NCBI GenBank assembly: GCA_036172245.1
Contig: JAYWIR010000003.1
Span: forward strand, 6,324,001 to 6,388,000
Direction of reading: 5' to 3'
DNA: 64,000 bases
DNA from: Raillietiella orientalis
Lineage: Eukaryota
A program made the position numbers and the translations under genes. How positions within the stretch are numbered: the first letter of the stretch is position 1; the number at the start of each line of letters is the position of its first letter. A model generated the notes under the pieces. The model was not told the origin of the DNA and did no database searches. It worked only from the letters and a program-made list of their open reading frames with translations. Positions 16,901 through 31,308 of this stretch are shown piece after piece.

Positions 16901-18629
16901 TTATCTCCCTTTTTGACAAGAGCATGCGTACTACCTTTGTCTCGAATCTGTGGTCTCGTTATGATGGCTATTGGGATGAAAAAATCAAATGCCATGCTTA
17001 ATTGCCTCATCGTTCTGAGAAAATCCTACCAAGCCTTGGAATCCAAAACACTTGCAAAGTCCGTCAGAATCCGTTTTCCGTGACCGTAGAGTCAACTTTA
17101 AGCAAAGCAGATGTAGATGATCATGCAGAAAGTGTGTGACCGTCTATGGTAAACTCCGAATTCTGTGTAAGAAAGGTATAGTCTTTGTACACGGAGCAAG
17201 ATTACAAAGAAATCTGCAAGCACTTCGACAACCCTTGACGAGTCGACTTAAGACGACTAGGAGAGTGCAGTTCTTCCTGTTACCTCAAGGAAGGTGAAAA
17301 AAACACCATAAAGTCTATAGAAGTGCTGCTTATTTTTAGATGGGCTTTCGGTAGAATGGATAAAGTTAATAAATTGAGAAAATAGGAATGTTGAAAGTCC
17401 TCGAACAGGCATAAGGAATCAACCTAAGGAACAAAATGAGAGGAATGTTTCGAGCGATTAACCATAAGATGAGATCAATAGAGAGTTTCTCCAATAATTG
17501 AGTTTTCAAGTCAGATGGAGGAGATTTGATACTGCAATAACAGATTGTCTCAAAGTGTTGTTTCCAATTACAAAAACAAAATTGGAATCTGCACAGAAAG
17601 GAACAAGGGTTAGCATTAAGTCAGTGAACCACAAAACGGGTGCAAGGATGTTACGTACGTTAATCATAGAATTACTTTTGCTTGATTCATGCAACGTTCA
17701 AAGAATTCATAGGATTCCAGGACACTTGCATAGGCAGCTTTAAGAATTCTCAAATGACCTGATACCGCAATGAATATATGTTTGCTTTCCATCAAGAGCT
17801 GATATTTCGAAAGACCACTTCGAGAACTACCTTATGTCACATCATGGTATTTTTCCTATCAGTAGATGCAGACCACAGAGTGTCATTTCATTTTCACAAA
17901 AATATGGAATTTTCGACTGCAAACATTGAAGTTTCCTAACATCCATCAGCGAACAGAGCATCATACTGAACAGTAATACACTCAAATAATTAAGGAATCG
18001 CGCTCGAGAGAAGCCTCGTAGACTTCAGGGCACAAAAGAATCCAAAATATCCATCCATGTATGAATAAGCATTTTGAAAGCCTCCCAGTTTAATCACAGA
18101 TGCTTTGTTTTATTTTCGTGGAACAAATTTTTCTTCCCGCTAGACATCATTTTAATCGTTAGTAGTATTTTATGAATCACTCATTTTTGCCTTACACTGA
18201 TTCTTGTTTATCAATTTTCATATTATAAGCTCTCTCTTACGATTTTCATTTAATACTCCAAGAGATTTTCGACCGCTGTCTTTCTTTGTCTATCCTTCCT
18301 TCTGAGTGCTCCGTGGATTGGCGATCCACTGCTTGTAGAAAATTCAGTGGAGCATGGATTCAGTCAATGCCCAAAATGAACATTACCAACTTTCATTGTG
18401 AATTCGTGCGGTTACAGAGTCTCAACAATTATGTAATAAAAGTGCACACATTTAAAAAAAAAAAAAAATGCGAAAGTCCCAATGATTTCATCGAGAATGC
18501 AGTGAGTTTGTATGTAAATCAGCTAAGGTGAAAAGGAATTAAATGGCACAAATGAACTAATTTGATGTGTTCATTCGGAAATAGGTGGGTGATAGAGAAT
18601 CAACAGTCAAGGTCATATTCTCCACGAGG

Positions 18630-19220
18630 ATATCAGAAGTAAAGCACCAGAAAAGTATGATGTAGTTGAAGGTGATCTCAGCTATTAAGCAGTTTTGAAA
18701 CTAAGAGGAATATCTCACTCTTCATGTGAGGGAATGTTGCCCGAAGACCTCAAATCAGTCCACTCATATATAGACTCATTGTAATTACTCGGATAATAAT
18801 GAAACAGTTCTGTTCCGAAATTGAAGGGAAATCGGAACAAAAATTTTAAAAAGATATTTCATTCAGGAAAGGATCAGTATTAACAGATTACTTAGGTTCC
18901 ATGAGGAAATCCGGTGTTTGATTATTAATGTCATCGTTCGATGAAACATAAGTTTCATTCAGATTGCCTGAATCAACGATCAGCTAAGGATTAGCAGAAC
19001 AACTGAAGGATTCAAACGAGTGAAATGAAATATCTATGAGATTACAAAATCTATTACACTGCTCGAAAATTTAAGAGAAACGCTTGTTATGCAGCCGCTT
19101 CACCGGTGGACGAAAATAATGGAAATAACTGTAACATCCAGGATAATAGTTGAATATTTTGCTTTCCATTAGAGTATGACAAGTGATGTTTCTTCCAGGA
19201 ACAACACTTTTTTTAAAACT
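18630..19220 (+). mobile_element. Very old LINE RT remnant between sec23 and MTA
   Basis: Ordered, heavily decayed motifs SKAPEKYD (18638), GMLPEDLK (18731) and RV*QV (~GVRQG, 19171). Confidence 0.35.
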
Positions 19221-20089
19221 TTCGAGGCACAGTTCCCCAATTCATAAATTTAGGCTTGAAATTAAAAAAAATGATTCGTAACGAAATTTGAAATAATATG
19301 AAAACAGATGGAAGCAGAAGCTCACTTGTTCTTATCTCTCTTGCTTCGGTTTGGTAACTGAGCTATCCGTTCGATTCTTCAAAAGTTAAATGAAGTTAAA
19401 AAATATATATCATGCCTTATGTTTTGATATACTTTACCAGAAGCATGATATCATGGAATCAAAAAATTGAGCTGCATTCAAGTTTAGGCAGTATTTAGAC
19501 AGAACAACGCAGTATTCTAGATTCTAGCAAAAGTCAGAATTTGCAGCCTTCAAGAAAAGAATTCATTAACATATTGATTTGGATTCCCATAAAACTAATT
19601 CATGAGGAAATCCCTAATTTTGGATTTTTCGGACAGTGAAGCATCACAGTAATTAGTGACATGCCCTCGTTATGATTTGTTGCTAATTAAAAAGAATGTG
19701 AACAATTCCAGAAATTTCAAATATTTTTAAAGATTTTTCTGACACGAAAAAATGCCATGTACTTTAAATATCGATTTTTTTTCTTCAAGCGAGCTGATTT
19801 TCTGGTTCCAACAAAATCAGTTCCAAAACCGAATCACGAACACTTCAGTACATTACATAACAGAAAATGTGATTTGTTTCACAGTAACGACCTATTATGC
19901 ATTTCAAATCGGTTCCGGAGCAATTTTAACTCAGTAGGAAAATTTGAAGCAGACAGTCCAGGAATTGTGAAATTTGCTTCTAATTTGTTTCTTTTTTTAT
20001 GCGGTTTATCGGCTGAATTAAGATTTTGTGTTTTGCACATTTATTATAAAGCGTTCCAATACTAATGGATGATGTCATTGTAGTATATG

Positions 20090-20098
20090 AAAATGGCG
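20090..20098 (+). promoter_or_regulatory. YY1/Pho-type motif AAAATGGCG in the presumptive MTA promoter or 5' UTR
   Basis: Matches the YY1 core about 130 nt upstream of the ATG, in a CpG-retaining zone; function not demonstrated. Confidence 0.3.
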
Positions 20099-20226
20099 TA
20101 ACGTTGTGTCGTTAGATGAAATTGCCATGATATTTGGAAGTATGTTTATGTGTTTACTATTGTCCTTAAATCTAAGTGTCGGTTAGAATTCATGATGATA
20201 GGAAATATCTGTATATAACTACTACA

Positions 20227-23200
20227 ATGGCAGCGAATATGTATCGAGTTGGAGGTTTGTATTTCACATCTGTATATAGTTTCGATATTTGTTCTTCAAC
20301 TTTTTAAATTATGTGGTTCAAGTAGTCAGTTCAGATGGAACGAAACGAAAAGATCAACAATCATGTGTTATGTGTAGAGTTTTTTGGCTTGATGATATTT
20401 TACTGAGAAACTCAAAGTCTACTGGGTGCTAATCGTAACGTTCAAAATAAACGTATAATTTTATATAAAAAAATTACATGTGTAATACTTTCGTCTTTAG
20501 CCGCCCTTTTTTCGAGTTATGATTATTAAAACTGAAACTTTATCCTATACATTTGAGAAACTCCGAATTTGAGATTCGTTTTATTTCCCTGTACTGATAT
20601 GTAAGTGTAATGAAAGCATGTTTTAACAAAAAGAATAAGAGATATTAGTGTAATATATTTGTGAATTCTTGTTGTCTTTTCACAATGTCTTCCGTGAGAC
20701 GATAATTTGGTAATTCGGTGAATTGTTTAAGTTTAATTTATTTAGCCGTCGTTGGTTCAATTTCCTCGTTTTTTGACTAGGACTTTGCCGTAATTTGCAT
20801 TGAATGAATCTTTTCATTTGTATTATATGATCTTTTTTCCAGACTATGTTTATTTTGAAACACTATCAACAGCCCCATATCAAATTAGAAGAATTGAAGA
20901 ACTGACTAAGGTAAAAAGTTTCCAGGTGTTATTTTTAAATGCTTATTTATATTCTAGAATCCAAATGGAAATGTCGATGCAAAGGTAATTTGCTTTTTTC
21001 GAAGAAAAGATATTTCATCTTCTTTAGTTCTGCTTGCTGATAAGCATCAAAGTAAGTACTTAAAACTTGAGCATTCTTATGAAACAACAACAAATCAAGC
21101 TGATGGTGCTATTTCAGTCCTATATTAACAATACCTGATTCAGAACAGTGACTTAATGTTGCTACTTTTATGATAGCCATTTTTTGTGTCAGCATCTTGA
21201 AATTTAAATTGGTTTTCAATTCTTACAAGAGATCACTTTTCTGCTTATGTGTCTGCTATGTTTTTTACATTTTAATTAGTTTCATTGCAAAAAAGTGATC
21301 CTTAATAGTACATTTGTAATATCAGTATCACAGTAGGATATTGATAATAATCTAGAATAATGTAACCTAATGTGATTGGTTTCTAGCCATTTCTTGGTGA
21401 TGCTACTTGTGTATCATGAAGAAATGGCTAAACATTTCCATTTTTCAATTAATTAATATAGAAGATTAATTAATATGTCATGTAATTAGTACCTCATTTT
21501 AATTAATTAATATCTCATGTAATTTCATTAGGAATATTTCTCATTCTTATTTTGTGACTTTTTACTTTGTTACCATATTTTGAGGGGATACTAGCAGATA
21601 AAAGTTTCCATTGCATAGAATTTCGTTTGTTAAAGAGTGTGCTAATTGATACTGAATCAGCTGTGATTAGTTTTAAGTCATTAGAGAATGTAATATGATT
21701 CCTTTTGATTGTTTTGATGTTTGCATTGCATTATTTTCAAAAAATTGAAGATCTGAAGTTCTGATGAAGAAAGTTTTCACTGTTAATAGAAAAAGCAAGG
21801 AGATTCTATAGGATTTGTTGAATAACAAGCCCTGGATTAAAAAAAATTTCTGTTGATGTCATTGTGGGTTTTCTTATAAAGAATGGATTGTAAGCTGGAT
21901 TAATAATGTTTCCTATGAGCTACAAAAGATTAAGTTTATTGAGTGAACATCTGAAATCACCAAATCCGTTTATATATCTGAACCAGTCAATCATTTAAAG
22001 ATCATCTTAAATCGAAATTCAGGAAAATTAATAATTTCTTCTTGCTGTGCCTTTTCATAGTTCATATGACATTTCATGTTTTAGTTCTTTGAACATAAAC
22101 AGCAAGTTAATTCGGATTAAACAAAATTATGCCTTTCGGACAAATCTTATCACTATTCATAGTAATGAGATTGAGATTATGCATCTTGAAATACATATTT
22201 CCCCAAAAAAGACTAAAAGTTATTTGGTAATTATAGGACTTTTTGGATAGGATCTTTTTTTAGTTACTGCAAATTAGTGTCTGGCATTAAAGATGTCTAT
22301 GTATTTTTGTGCTCTTTGGTTAATTCAGCAGATGTATTCTCATTAAAGTCTTCAGTGAGAATGTTAATGGTTTGTCATTTTTGTTTTTGTCTTTTAAATC
22401 TCATTATTAGTTTATGCAGTCTGGAAGCTGTTTGATTGGTTAAGTTTAATTCAATCCTGTTCATTGTGTACTTTTCACATATTACATGATGATTTTTGTT
22501 AGAATGTACCAACAAATTAAGTGAGAATGTTGATGGTAATATAAGATCATATGCATTTACAATATTTATAATGGAAATTTCTGAAGGTATTCAGTAATTA
22601 TAGGGAAAGTATTAATGAAAGAACTACAAACTTCATGTTCATTATTAGAGAGTTTATTACTGCTGTAACTCATTCGATTTAATGGGAAATTCTGGGTTTG
22701 CATGAAGAGTACTAAATTTGAACATGCATAATTATGCATTTGAATTGAAACTCCTTGTATGTCAATTATTTGAAAACCAGTAAATCCTTAATTACAGACA
22801 TTGCTTTTGAAGTGGTTATTTTCTGGTATAAGATAAGCATTGCGATGAGCATTTAGTATATAAAGCAATTTTTTTTTTATTCATGTCAGGATAGAAGTTC
22901 GAAATTTCCTGGTACCTAAAATTAGTAAAGAATTATATACATGAAATGCAACTTTGTAAGTTGAATTGAAGTACTTGTTATTCATAGAACTTGATCTATG
23001 TTATGAAAGATTTTTAAGTATGTTTCTGAATTAGAATGAGAAGACTGCCACAGTAGTGAACCACAGGGGTTTTCAGTGGGTTCTTTTAATTGGAACCAAT
23101 CTTCAGTAAACAACTGTTAGGAATAAGAATATCTGTGCTGGGCACAATTTAGTTAATTTAAATAATGCACCATCTGTGATTAAGGTTTAACTATTTCCTG

Positions 23201-26200
23201 TTGGTAATGCGTGTCTTGTGAAGAAATGTTCATATGTTTTAGTCATTACAGTAGTTTCTCGTGTATTTTATTAGGAATATTTCTGATTACCATTTATTAA
23301 GAACGTTATGCTTTTGTTACTTGATGTTATCTCATGAGATTATTATACATTGGAGGAGTTTCATGATAATCATACTGTATCAAAGATTCTGATGAAATAT
23401 CGATAAGATCATTATGCAGAAGGTCATTCATTCAATTTGAGGAAAGAAGATGGATCTCAGATAAAAATAAAATTTAAGCTTGTGCATAAATCTCAAAGGC
23501 CAGATTTGGGTATTTGCTTATTAAGGGGGCAACAATTTTCTTAAACAGCCAAAAGTTTTCTATAAGCCACACCTCTTGCGTACATATGGATTTCAGTGTA
23601 ACAAAATAGAATTCTAAGATCTGAAAAGATGAAGAGCAGCCAAGAGTAGTTTTGAGCATTCATGCAGGGCAGGCATTGCTTTTGTTGATTATTTTATTGC
23701 CCTTATGAGTTAGTTTCTCAGCATTTCACAACAGAGGTTCTTCATGGGAATGAAGAATGTATTTCATTTTTGTTTGAGAATTATTTATATTGAGAATTCT
23801 TAGTATTGTTTACTTCTGAAGTTTTTTTTTTTTATATATATATATATACTTTTGAACATTTTTTCAGATGTTAGTTTAGTTGGATCATTGACACTTAAGT
23901 TCTGATGTATAGAGGTGGAAGTAGATTCATATTCATATTTAAATTTCTTGTATCTGATATCTCTTTCTTTCTATCTCCTTTCATGTATCCTTTAATTGTG
24001 CAAAGAAATGTCACTTGATTCAAAAGTGGTTTTTTAATTTAGCAGTTCATTTATGTTTTCAAGTAACTTCATTTTTATGGATTGTTTTTGTGAATTAAGA
24101 AACTGATGTAGGTTAATTTATTAATTTGATGAAATGGATTTTTAGACTGTTTTTGTTTTTGTTTTAGATACCATTTTTCTTGAACTTAACTTTTAGTAAT
24201 TTTCATTTGAAATGAGTAATTGCAAAGAAACTTATAGTGTAGTGCTTATACAAAACCAAAATACCAAGTACTGTTGAAAGCCTCAAACAATAAAATTGAC
24301 AAAAGTTGTGTAGATTATGATGTGGAATAATGGTGCATCATCCTAAATAAAATTAAACTTCAAACTTCTGAGCATTATATGTAAAAAATTGTATGATCCA
24401 GGTTGTATTTAACAAGTGTTGAAGTACATCATAAAGTTATTAGATGTCTCAGTGTGTAATGTTTTTCTCCAAGTGATGGAACACAAAACTCTTGCTAATT
24501 TCAATGGTATTTTCAATGCTGTTTCAAAGAATCAATAATATAAACTTTGTTATCTTTTTTTTTTTTCCATTTTTTTTTCTTTTTTTACTTCAGTGTTTTA
24601 TTTGCTTAGAATGTTCATATGTGTGAGATGGCTCTGAAGTTTTAATATTCATTGTTAACACAGCAAAAATTCTTACTTTCTTCACGAACCTATTGAGAGT
24701 AGACTAATTGACTGTATTATAGGTGCCTTAGAAGAAGAATCTGATTATATTAGTGAAGAGCTACAGCCTCTTCAAAAGCATCAATTAAAGCATCGAGAAT
24801 TATTCTTATCGCGACAATTGGAAACACTTCCAGCTACCCACATTCGTGGAAAATGTGTTGTTACATTGCTTAATGAAACAGAATCACTCCAAAGTTATCT
24901 GAAAAAAGAGGTATTTTAAAAGCTAATGTTATTTTATGAAGATGTTTTCTGTAGGATGCTTTTTTTTATACACTAGTGTATGATCCACAGCAAAAGACCT
25001 TGCTGGCAGATCGTGGCGAAATTCGTGTTGGAAATAAGTATCAAGCAGAAGTAATACCCCCAGTACTTTCAGAAGGAGAATCTGATGGACGTTGTTTAAA
25101 TGATTTAGAAACTCTCATTTGGTCTCCAGAAAATAGCCTATCTGATCGTCAAATTGATCAGTTCTTGGTTATAGCAAGGTAAGCTTACCAGATGTGTGTA
25201 TTTGGGTTTTCTAATTTTAGCTGAATGCAAATTTCTACAGTATCTCCAAATTTCTCTATAAGGAATGTTGAGTACTGTTTTAAAGTAGGGGCTCTCGAAT
25301 AGTTGGAAAGAAGTTCAAAATTCAGTGTCTGTATGCTGAGGAAATGAATAGATTTCTATTTAAATAAAAAACTTTGTCAAGATTTACCTTATTATTTGAG
25401 GACCATTGGAATTAGTTTAAAGTATCGCTTTACAATAAATGGCGGATCATGAACTTTTATAGGTGATTACCAAATTTAGGAGAATGAATACACATTCATT
25501 GAAGAACCATTGTTTATAATGAATATGCATTCATTCTCCTAAATTTGGTAATCTGTGTGGGGATGGTTCAGTTTCCAGTTATTACTGTGCCATAATTTTC
25601 TTTTAACTTTTTTGCATTGTATTGTTTTTTGTCTTTACTTTTTGCTATGTTGCTTGCTTTGCAATTTGTTTTCGCATTGTGATGGATGTAGAAATAAAAT
25701 AGGGCAAGAGAACTTGATTTTATTGCATCTTGACTTACCATGTGGTTTTCACCTTATTGTGATTTTTCGTTTTTGATGCCTGTTGGAATCCACAGTTATG
25801 TTTATTCAGATATTTGATGAGTATTGCAGCTTTCCTTGTGTATAAATCACAAATCCCTATTGATTCATAATGTGAAATTTGTTAAACCTTTGAGATAGTT
25901 AAGAAAAGTGAAAACTGAAAGTTCATTTGTTTAAAAGTTCATTTCTCATTTGATTGATTGTTCGTGTACCCTGAATGTGTAATTTCTTTGCTGGAAAATA
26001 ATGCTTGAAGTTATATTGACTTGTCAATGAGGACATTTATTTCGATTTGGTGAACTTCAATTTATGACCAGTACATGCCACAAGCATGCACTTCACATGC
26101 AACAGAGAAAATGCCTGTATGACAGATTACTTAATGAAAATCTCATTTTGTCACATGTAGCATTTAGTGAATTGTATATGTCATGTCATGTTGGGTAATT

Positions 26201-29200
26201 TTGTATGTCTTCCTGAATCTGATGTACTGGAATATTCAACAACAGTAAAAAGATAAAATTGCTGTAGGATTATTTTGACCACTTTTCTTAAATTATCTTT
26301 TGTTCTGGTCTTCAAAACTGAAGAACCATTGTTTATAATGGTTTGCATAAAGGATTCGTTTTTTTGATGAACTTGTTGCCTAATCCATTTTAGAATTTCA
26401 TGTGTATTGTTTGGAAAAAGAATGCTTGAGTTCCTATTTTTGTTTTGTTGTATACTGAATGTAGCAATTTATTAAGTTACTAAAGGGTAATGGATTAAAT
26501 GAATTTCAAGTCGAATAATTGGATCACAGCTTGTGAAAATACTTCAATAATTGGTTTAAAAGATTGTTGTTTTTTTATATATTCACTTCAGTGTTCTTTG
26601 TGAATATAATTTAAAAAATATCTTGTTGAATTCAAAAGATTTTTTTTAGATCCAATGAATGATTTGTTTTTTTATGGAAATATTTACTAATGGAATTTAT
26701 AAGAAGCCATGTTTCGATTTTATTTGTAATTCCATGTCGTAATTTAAATAGGTTCATGTAATTCTTCATCTGTTCTGTTCTTTATCTGTTTGATTTGGGT
26801 AAAATCCATATTCATTCAATTCACAATAAAATACCTACTAGTGCATTTAGAAGCTCTAAAAAATAAGTGGGTTAAATAAACAAACACATATTAGAATGTA
26901 TGTTGAATTAAGTGTTTACAAACTATTTAGTATTAGTGATCACTGTTTAAGGAGCACTGTTCATCTGCTGGTTCAGTAGACTTGTATATTGAGATAGCAT
27001 AGGTATGCAGTTGTATCATCACTTTGTTGAAAATAATAGAAGAATTCAATTATTTTCAAGTTCGAATTGCTGCAATGATGAAATTGTGCGTGTGTGTTTT
27101 TTGTAAAAAGCATGCCAGATAAGACTTTTATAACACCAATAATAATTGCTAAACATAGGATGGCCTCATAATGAATTTTTCATTTCAACTAGAAATATAA
27201 ACATAATTAGGAAATTAATGGCAAAAGCTTCTGTTTTGTCCATTAATTTGCTGTCTGTTGTTTTTTAATTTGCCACGAAAATCACGAATGTTTCAATGGA
27301 AGCATGAGATTTATATATATTCCTAGAAAGCAGTAGACTCTTCTGTTTTTTTTGTTTTGGAATAAGTTTTTATTTTTCAGTGTATGATTTCAAAATATTC
27401 GATGGAAATATGACAAAACTATGCAAACATTTTGAGAAGTGAAAGCATTTTGATTCCAAATCTTTCATTTCTGAAATCACATTCTGATTAAATATTTTTT
27501 CGTTTTGTTCAAGTGTTTAATTTCCTTGTTTTCCAAAAACCATTCCCCAAACTGAAAATTTTACAGAAGCTTGTGCCAAGTAAGGGAGAGAAAGGGACAT
27601 TCTCAGTTTTTATTCCCTATTAAGTTTCAGAAACTACAACTGACGTAATTTCAAGGTATTTAATTGATTGCATTCACAGATGAAGTGTTTTTATAATTTC
27701 ACTCATTAATTTTTTTACATGAAGCATGTCAAGTTTTTGGGTTATGAAATTGTGTGTCCCTTCGCTGTTATTCAGTGGTTTTGATAACAAAGAAAAAATT
27801 AATGTTTTAGCCAAAAATATTTATAATTTTGTATTTCTACCAGAATTTAAAGTTAAGGAAAGCCAAATTTTATGTCAATTGATGCTGTTAATCAAATATA
27901 TAGTGAGGCAAATGTATATCTATATATATTTGACTTGAGATTTGGTTTGCAAGGGAAGATTGTTATTTAATATATTGCGAGTTCCAGTTTCTCTCGACTA
28001 TTAAGTTGAAACAAAAACAATAGCAAATTCAGAAGCTTTGTCGATGCGTGCAATCGGGAAAAATAAAGTGCTTTTTAGTAAGCTCAAAAATATTTAAGTT
28101 TCTCGAAGTATGTATATAAAAGTAATTTTATTACTTCGGCTATTCTATAAGGTTTGTGATTTTAAAGAAAAAAATGCAATAAATAAATTTATTAGCAGAA
28201 GAATTGTATCGGTTGCAATGAAACTACAGCAACATGGAAAATCATGTTGAGAGAATTTAATTAATAAGCGATGAATTTAGTTTTGAAGGTTTGTAATGAA
28301 AATGTGAAAGCTGAAGTAATTTTAAGTTCAATGAAATTTCAAGTCCATTATTCTGGGACTTGTAAGACAATGCCGTCAATAATTATGTTAGTAATGCCAT
28401 TTTGCATGGGTACAAAACAACATTAACAGCATTTCATATCCAAAAAAAATATTGATCCAGTCTGAACATTAGGTTCTTAGTAAGCAGTAAAGGTGTTTGG
28501 CCTTCCCTATTTTTAAGTATTTGTTTCGATCTTTCTGTTTGAAAACGGAAAACTATTACATAAAAACTTTATGATTGGTATTTAAGTGCAAAAATATCCT
28601 ATATTTAAATGTTCTTGACAAGATTGTCAAAGTAAAACTTTGAACCGACGAGTTGAAAGTTGCCAAGAGTATGACAAAGTGTGCTAGGATGATCGTGTTA
28701 TTTGTTCAATTAGATAAGAAGGAAAATGAAGATAAAAGAACATTGCAATAGACATACAAAAAAAAAATAATAATATTGCCATAGATTGCTATATCTATTC
28801 CAAGAACACTGTTAAAGAAAAATTTAGAAGATAATTATATGGGGATCATGTAAGTTGAAGTATTGTTTTAAAAATATGTATAAGAACCATCTTAGCTTGC
28901 AATATTTAAAGGATTTCCATTTGTTATTAGTATTTCTTGAGTAAAAGTGAGTAAGGCTAAAGGAACAGTTTTTTTCCATCGCAGCTTAGTTCTGTATTGC
29001 CTTTTATGTTTGTGTACACAAAAACGAATATAAAAGTACATTTATTTTCTGTTAAGAAAAAGAATGTACATGCTTGTGTTTGCGAATAATCAGTTCATTA
29101 GAAATTTCTGGATTTGTTGTTTATTTTGTTTCTGTCTATTCACTCTTTCAGTTTCCTTCTTGATACGTCTGTATATGCATTTATATTTATGTATGTATCA

Positions 29201-31308
29201 GTTTATCCCCCAGGCTTCTTGTTTGACATGTATGCCAAAACTGTTTAGTACTACTTGAATAATTTAACGAAGATTATATTCAAAAAAGAGTGTTTCAGAT
29301 CTGTAGGTACGTTTGCTCGAGCTCTTGATTGTTCCAGTTCAGTGAAGCAACCAAGTTTGCATATGAGTGCTGCTGCAGCATCACGTGATATCACTTTGGT
29401 GTGTATCTTGACGTCATGTTTATTTTATACTACCTTTGCTACAGTTTCATGCTATGGACACTCTTCACTTTAGTAAATACCGTCTTTCTGAAGCAGTTTC
29501 TGCCCTTGTACCCTGTTCTGGTCCTGTGCTTTGCCGGGATGAAATGGAAGAATGGTCAGCATCTGAAGCAAATTTGTTTGAAGAAGCTTTGGAAAAGTAT
29601 GGAAAGGATTTCCGAGATATCCGTCAAGATTTTCTCCCTTGGAAATCACTAAAGAGTCTTATTGAATATTATTACATGTGGAAGACCACTGATAGATATG
29701 TGCAGCAGAAACGAGTAAAAGCTGTTGAAGCAGAATTCAAGTTGAAACAGGTGTACATTCCTAACTACAACAAACTTAATCCGGCTGCTATTATGCCAAC
29801 TAAATCTGGAATAATCAATGGGGATACAGATGGTCTGTTAAGTGGAAAATCTTGTGAATCTTGTTATGGTAATAAATATTAGTCATCAAATTTACTTGAT
29901 TATCTTATCATATCAGCAATGTCAAGTACCCAATGGTATGCTTGGGGCCCCTCTCATCTCAATCTCCGTCTTTGTCAAAACTGTTGGGGATACTGGAAAA
30001 AATTTGGTGGTTTAAAGAATCCTTCCACCTTTGTTGATGAAGGTTAGTTACTTTTCTTTAAGTAGTGCAAATAATTTCATTTAATGTGATTCCTCAAGAT
30101 GGAGAGCTTGCACCAGTAGCAGAGTCCGATGGTCAATATCAGTGTCGAGACTGTAATAAATGTTTCAGTCGGCAAGAACGTCTTTCTGCTCACATGGCTT
30201 CACATCGTCCTTTCCGTTGCTCTACTCCAGGATGTGGCAAAGAATTCAAATTAAAAGCTCATTTAGCACGCCACTGTGCTGTATTCCATGGTGTTGTAGT
30301 AAGAAATGGATCACCAAGACCTATTATGAAGACACGTGCTGCCTTTTATTTGTGGACTACTCTATTAACTCGAGTAGCACGGCGTGTCTGTCGACATCTT
30401 TTACATTCTAGACATGCTTCACGGTCGCCTTTTTGGGCCATTAATAGCCTTGCGATCAAACAGGAATGTAAGGTGTAACATTAGATTTGCAAATTGACAT
30501 TTCATTTTCAGTTGCCAATTTGTTTCCCCATCTTGGCATAGGCCAATCTCCTGAAGAATTAATAGCATTTCTCAAATCACCTGGTCATCCCCGCCCCACA
30601 CTGCTAACAGTGGTTGCCAATCTTGGTTATGTTTTGGGGCCATGTCCTGCTTGGCTAATTCCAACAGATAAAGACAAGTTGCCAAAACACGATAGGATAG
30701 CATTTCCAGCACCTCCAAAGCGCAAAGGTAACTTGTATTATGATGAATTTTGGTTTTTCAACTTGGCTTTTGCAGATGGTAGTTTAATTTATGAACCCCC
30801 TCGCTCTGTTACTCCCACCATCAATCATGTGTCTCCCTCTTTACTGAAACGAAGGTACGAGGAGCAGAATGGTGTAGATGGTAAGATAGAATGTTGACTA
30901 ACATGTGTTGTATAGAACTAAGTTTGAACAGCACCTGCATTGAAAAAAATCATTAGTAATTCTCGAGATGGGTCCAGCATTCCGATAGATTTGTATCCAT
31001 CCGTAGTTAGCCGACCGTTTATCAGTCATTATAACGGGAAGCCTGCTAAATCACCTAATGACCGAATGAGTCATCAAGGCTTAGCACCAACACGAAAACA
31101 GTTATCATCCTGGGTTGATGCCCCAGATGATGTATATTTTCAGGTCACCTCTTGTATTCGGTAATTATTTACCGTGTTCTTCTGATTTGTTTGTTTTGTA
31201 ATCCATTTTAGAAAACTGCGAATTCAGTTACCTGCTGCTGAATTACGTCGTGCAGCTCGAAAACCATGGCGTAGATTGAGTCTGAGTCCGGTGGTGGTGC
31301 TAGAATGA
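20227..31308 (+). CDS. MTA1: Metastasis-associated protein (MTA1-like, NuRD subunit; BAH-ELM2-SANT-GATA zinc finger plus two C2H2 fingers), 13 exons, 755 aa. Exons: 20227-20254, 20843-20910, 20958-21051, 24723-24910, 24955-25178, 29299-29398, 29445-29868, 29917-30042, 30099-30467, 30512-30727, 30776-30880, 30932-31160, 31212-31308
   Basis: Diagnostic start [47 protein letters not shown]2 [53 protein letters not shown] finger [28 protein letters not shown]-terminal LRRAARKPW. All introns are GT..AG, and the exons sum to 2268 nt in frame ending in TGA. This is a single invertebrate-type MTA, so the paralog number is nominal. Confidence 0.95.
25465..25553. repeat. 36-bp-arm inverted repeat in MTA intron 5
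   Basis: Arms 25465-25500 and 25518-25553 are complementary at 34 of 36 positions around a 17-nt spacer. Confidence 0.9.

Noticed and set aside
11000..20200. Additional host gene between the divergent sec23 and MTA genes
   Set aside because: Only short ORFs with no recognisable domain or consistent exon chain; part of the region looks like decayed LINE sequence.
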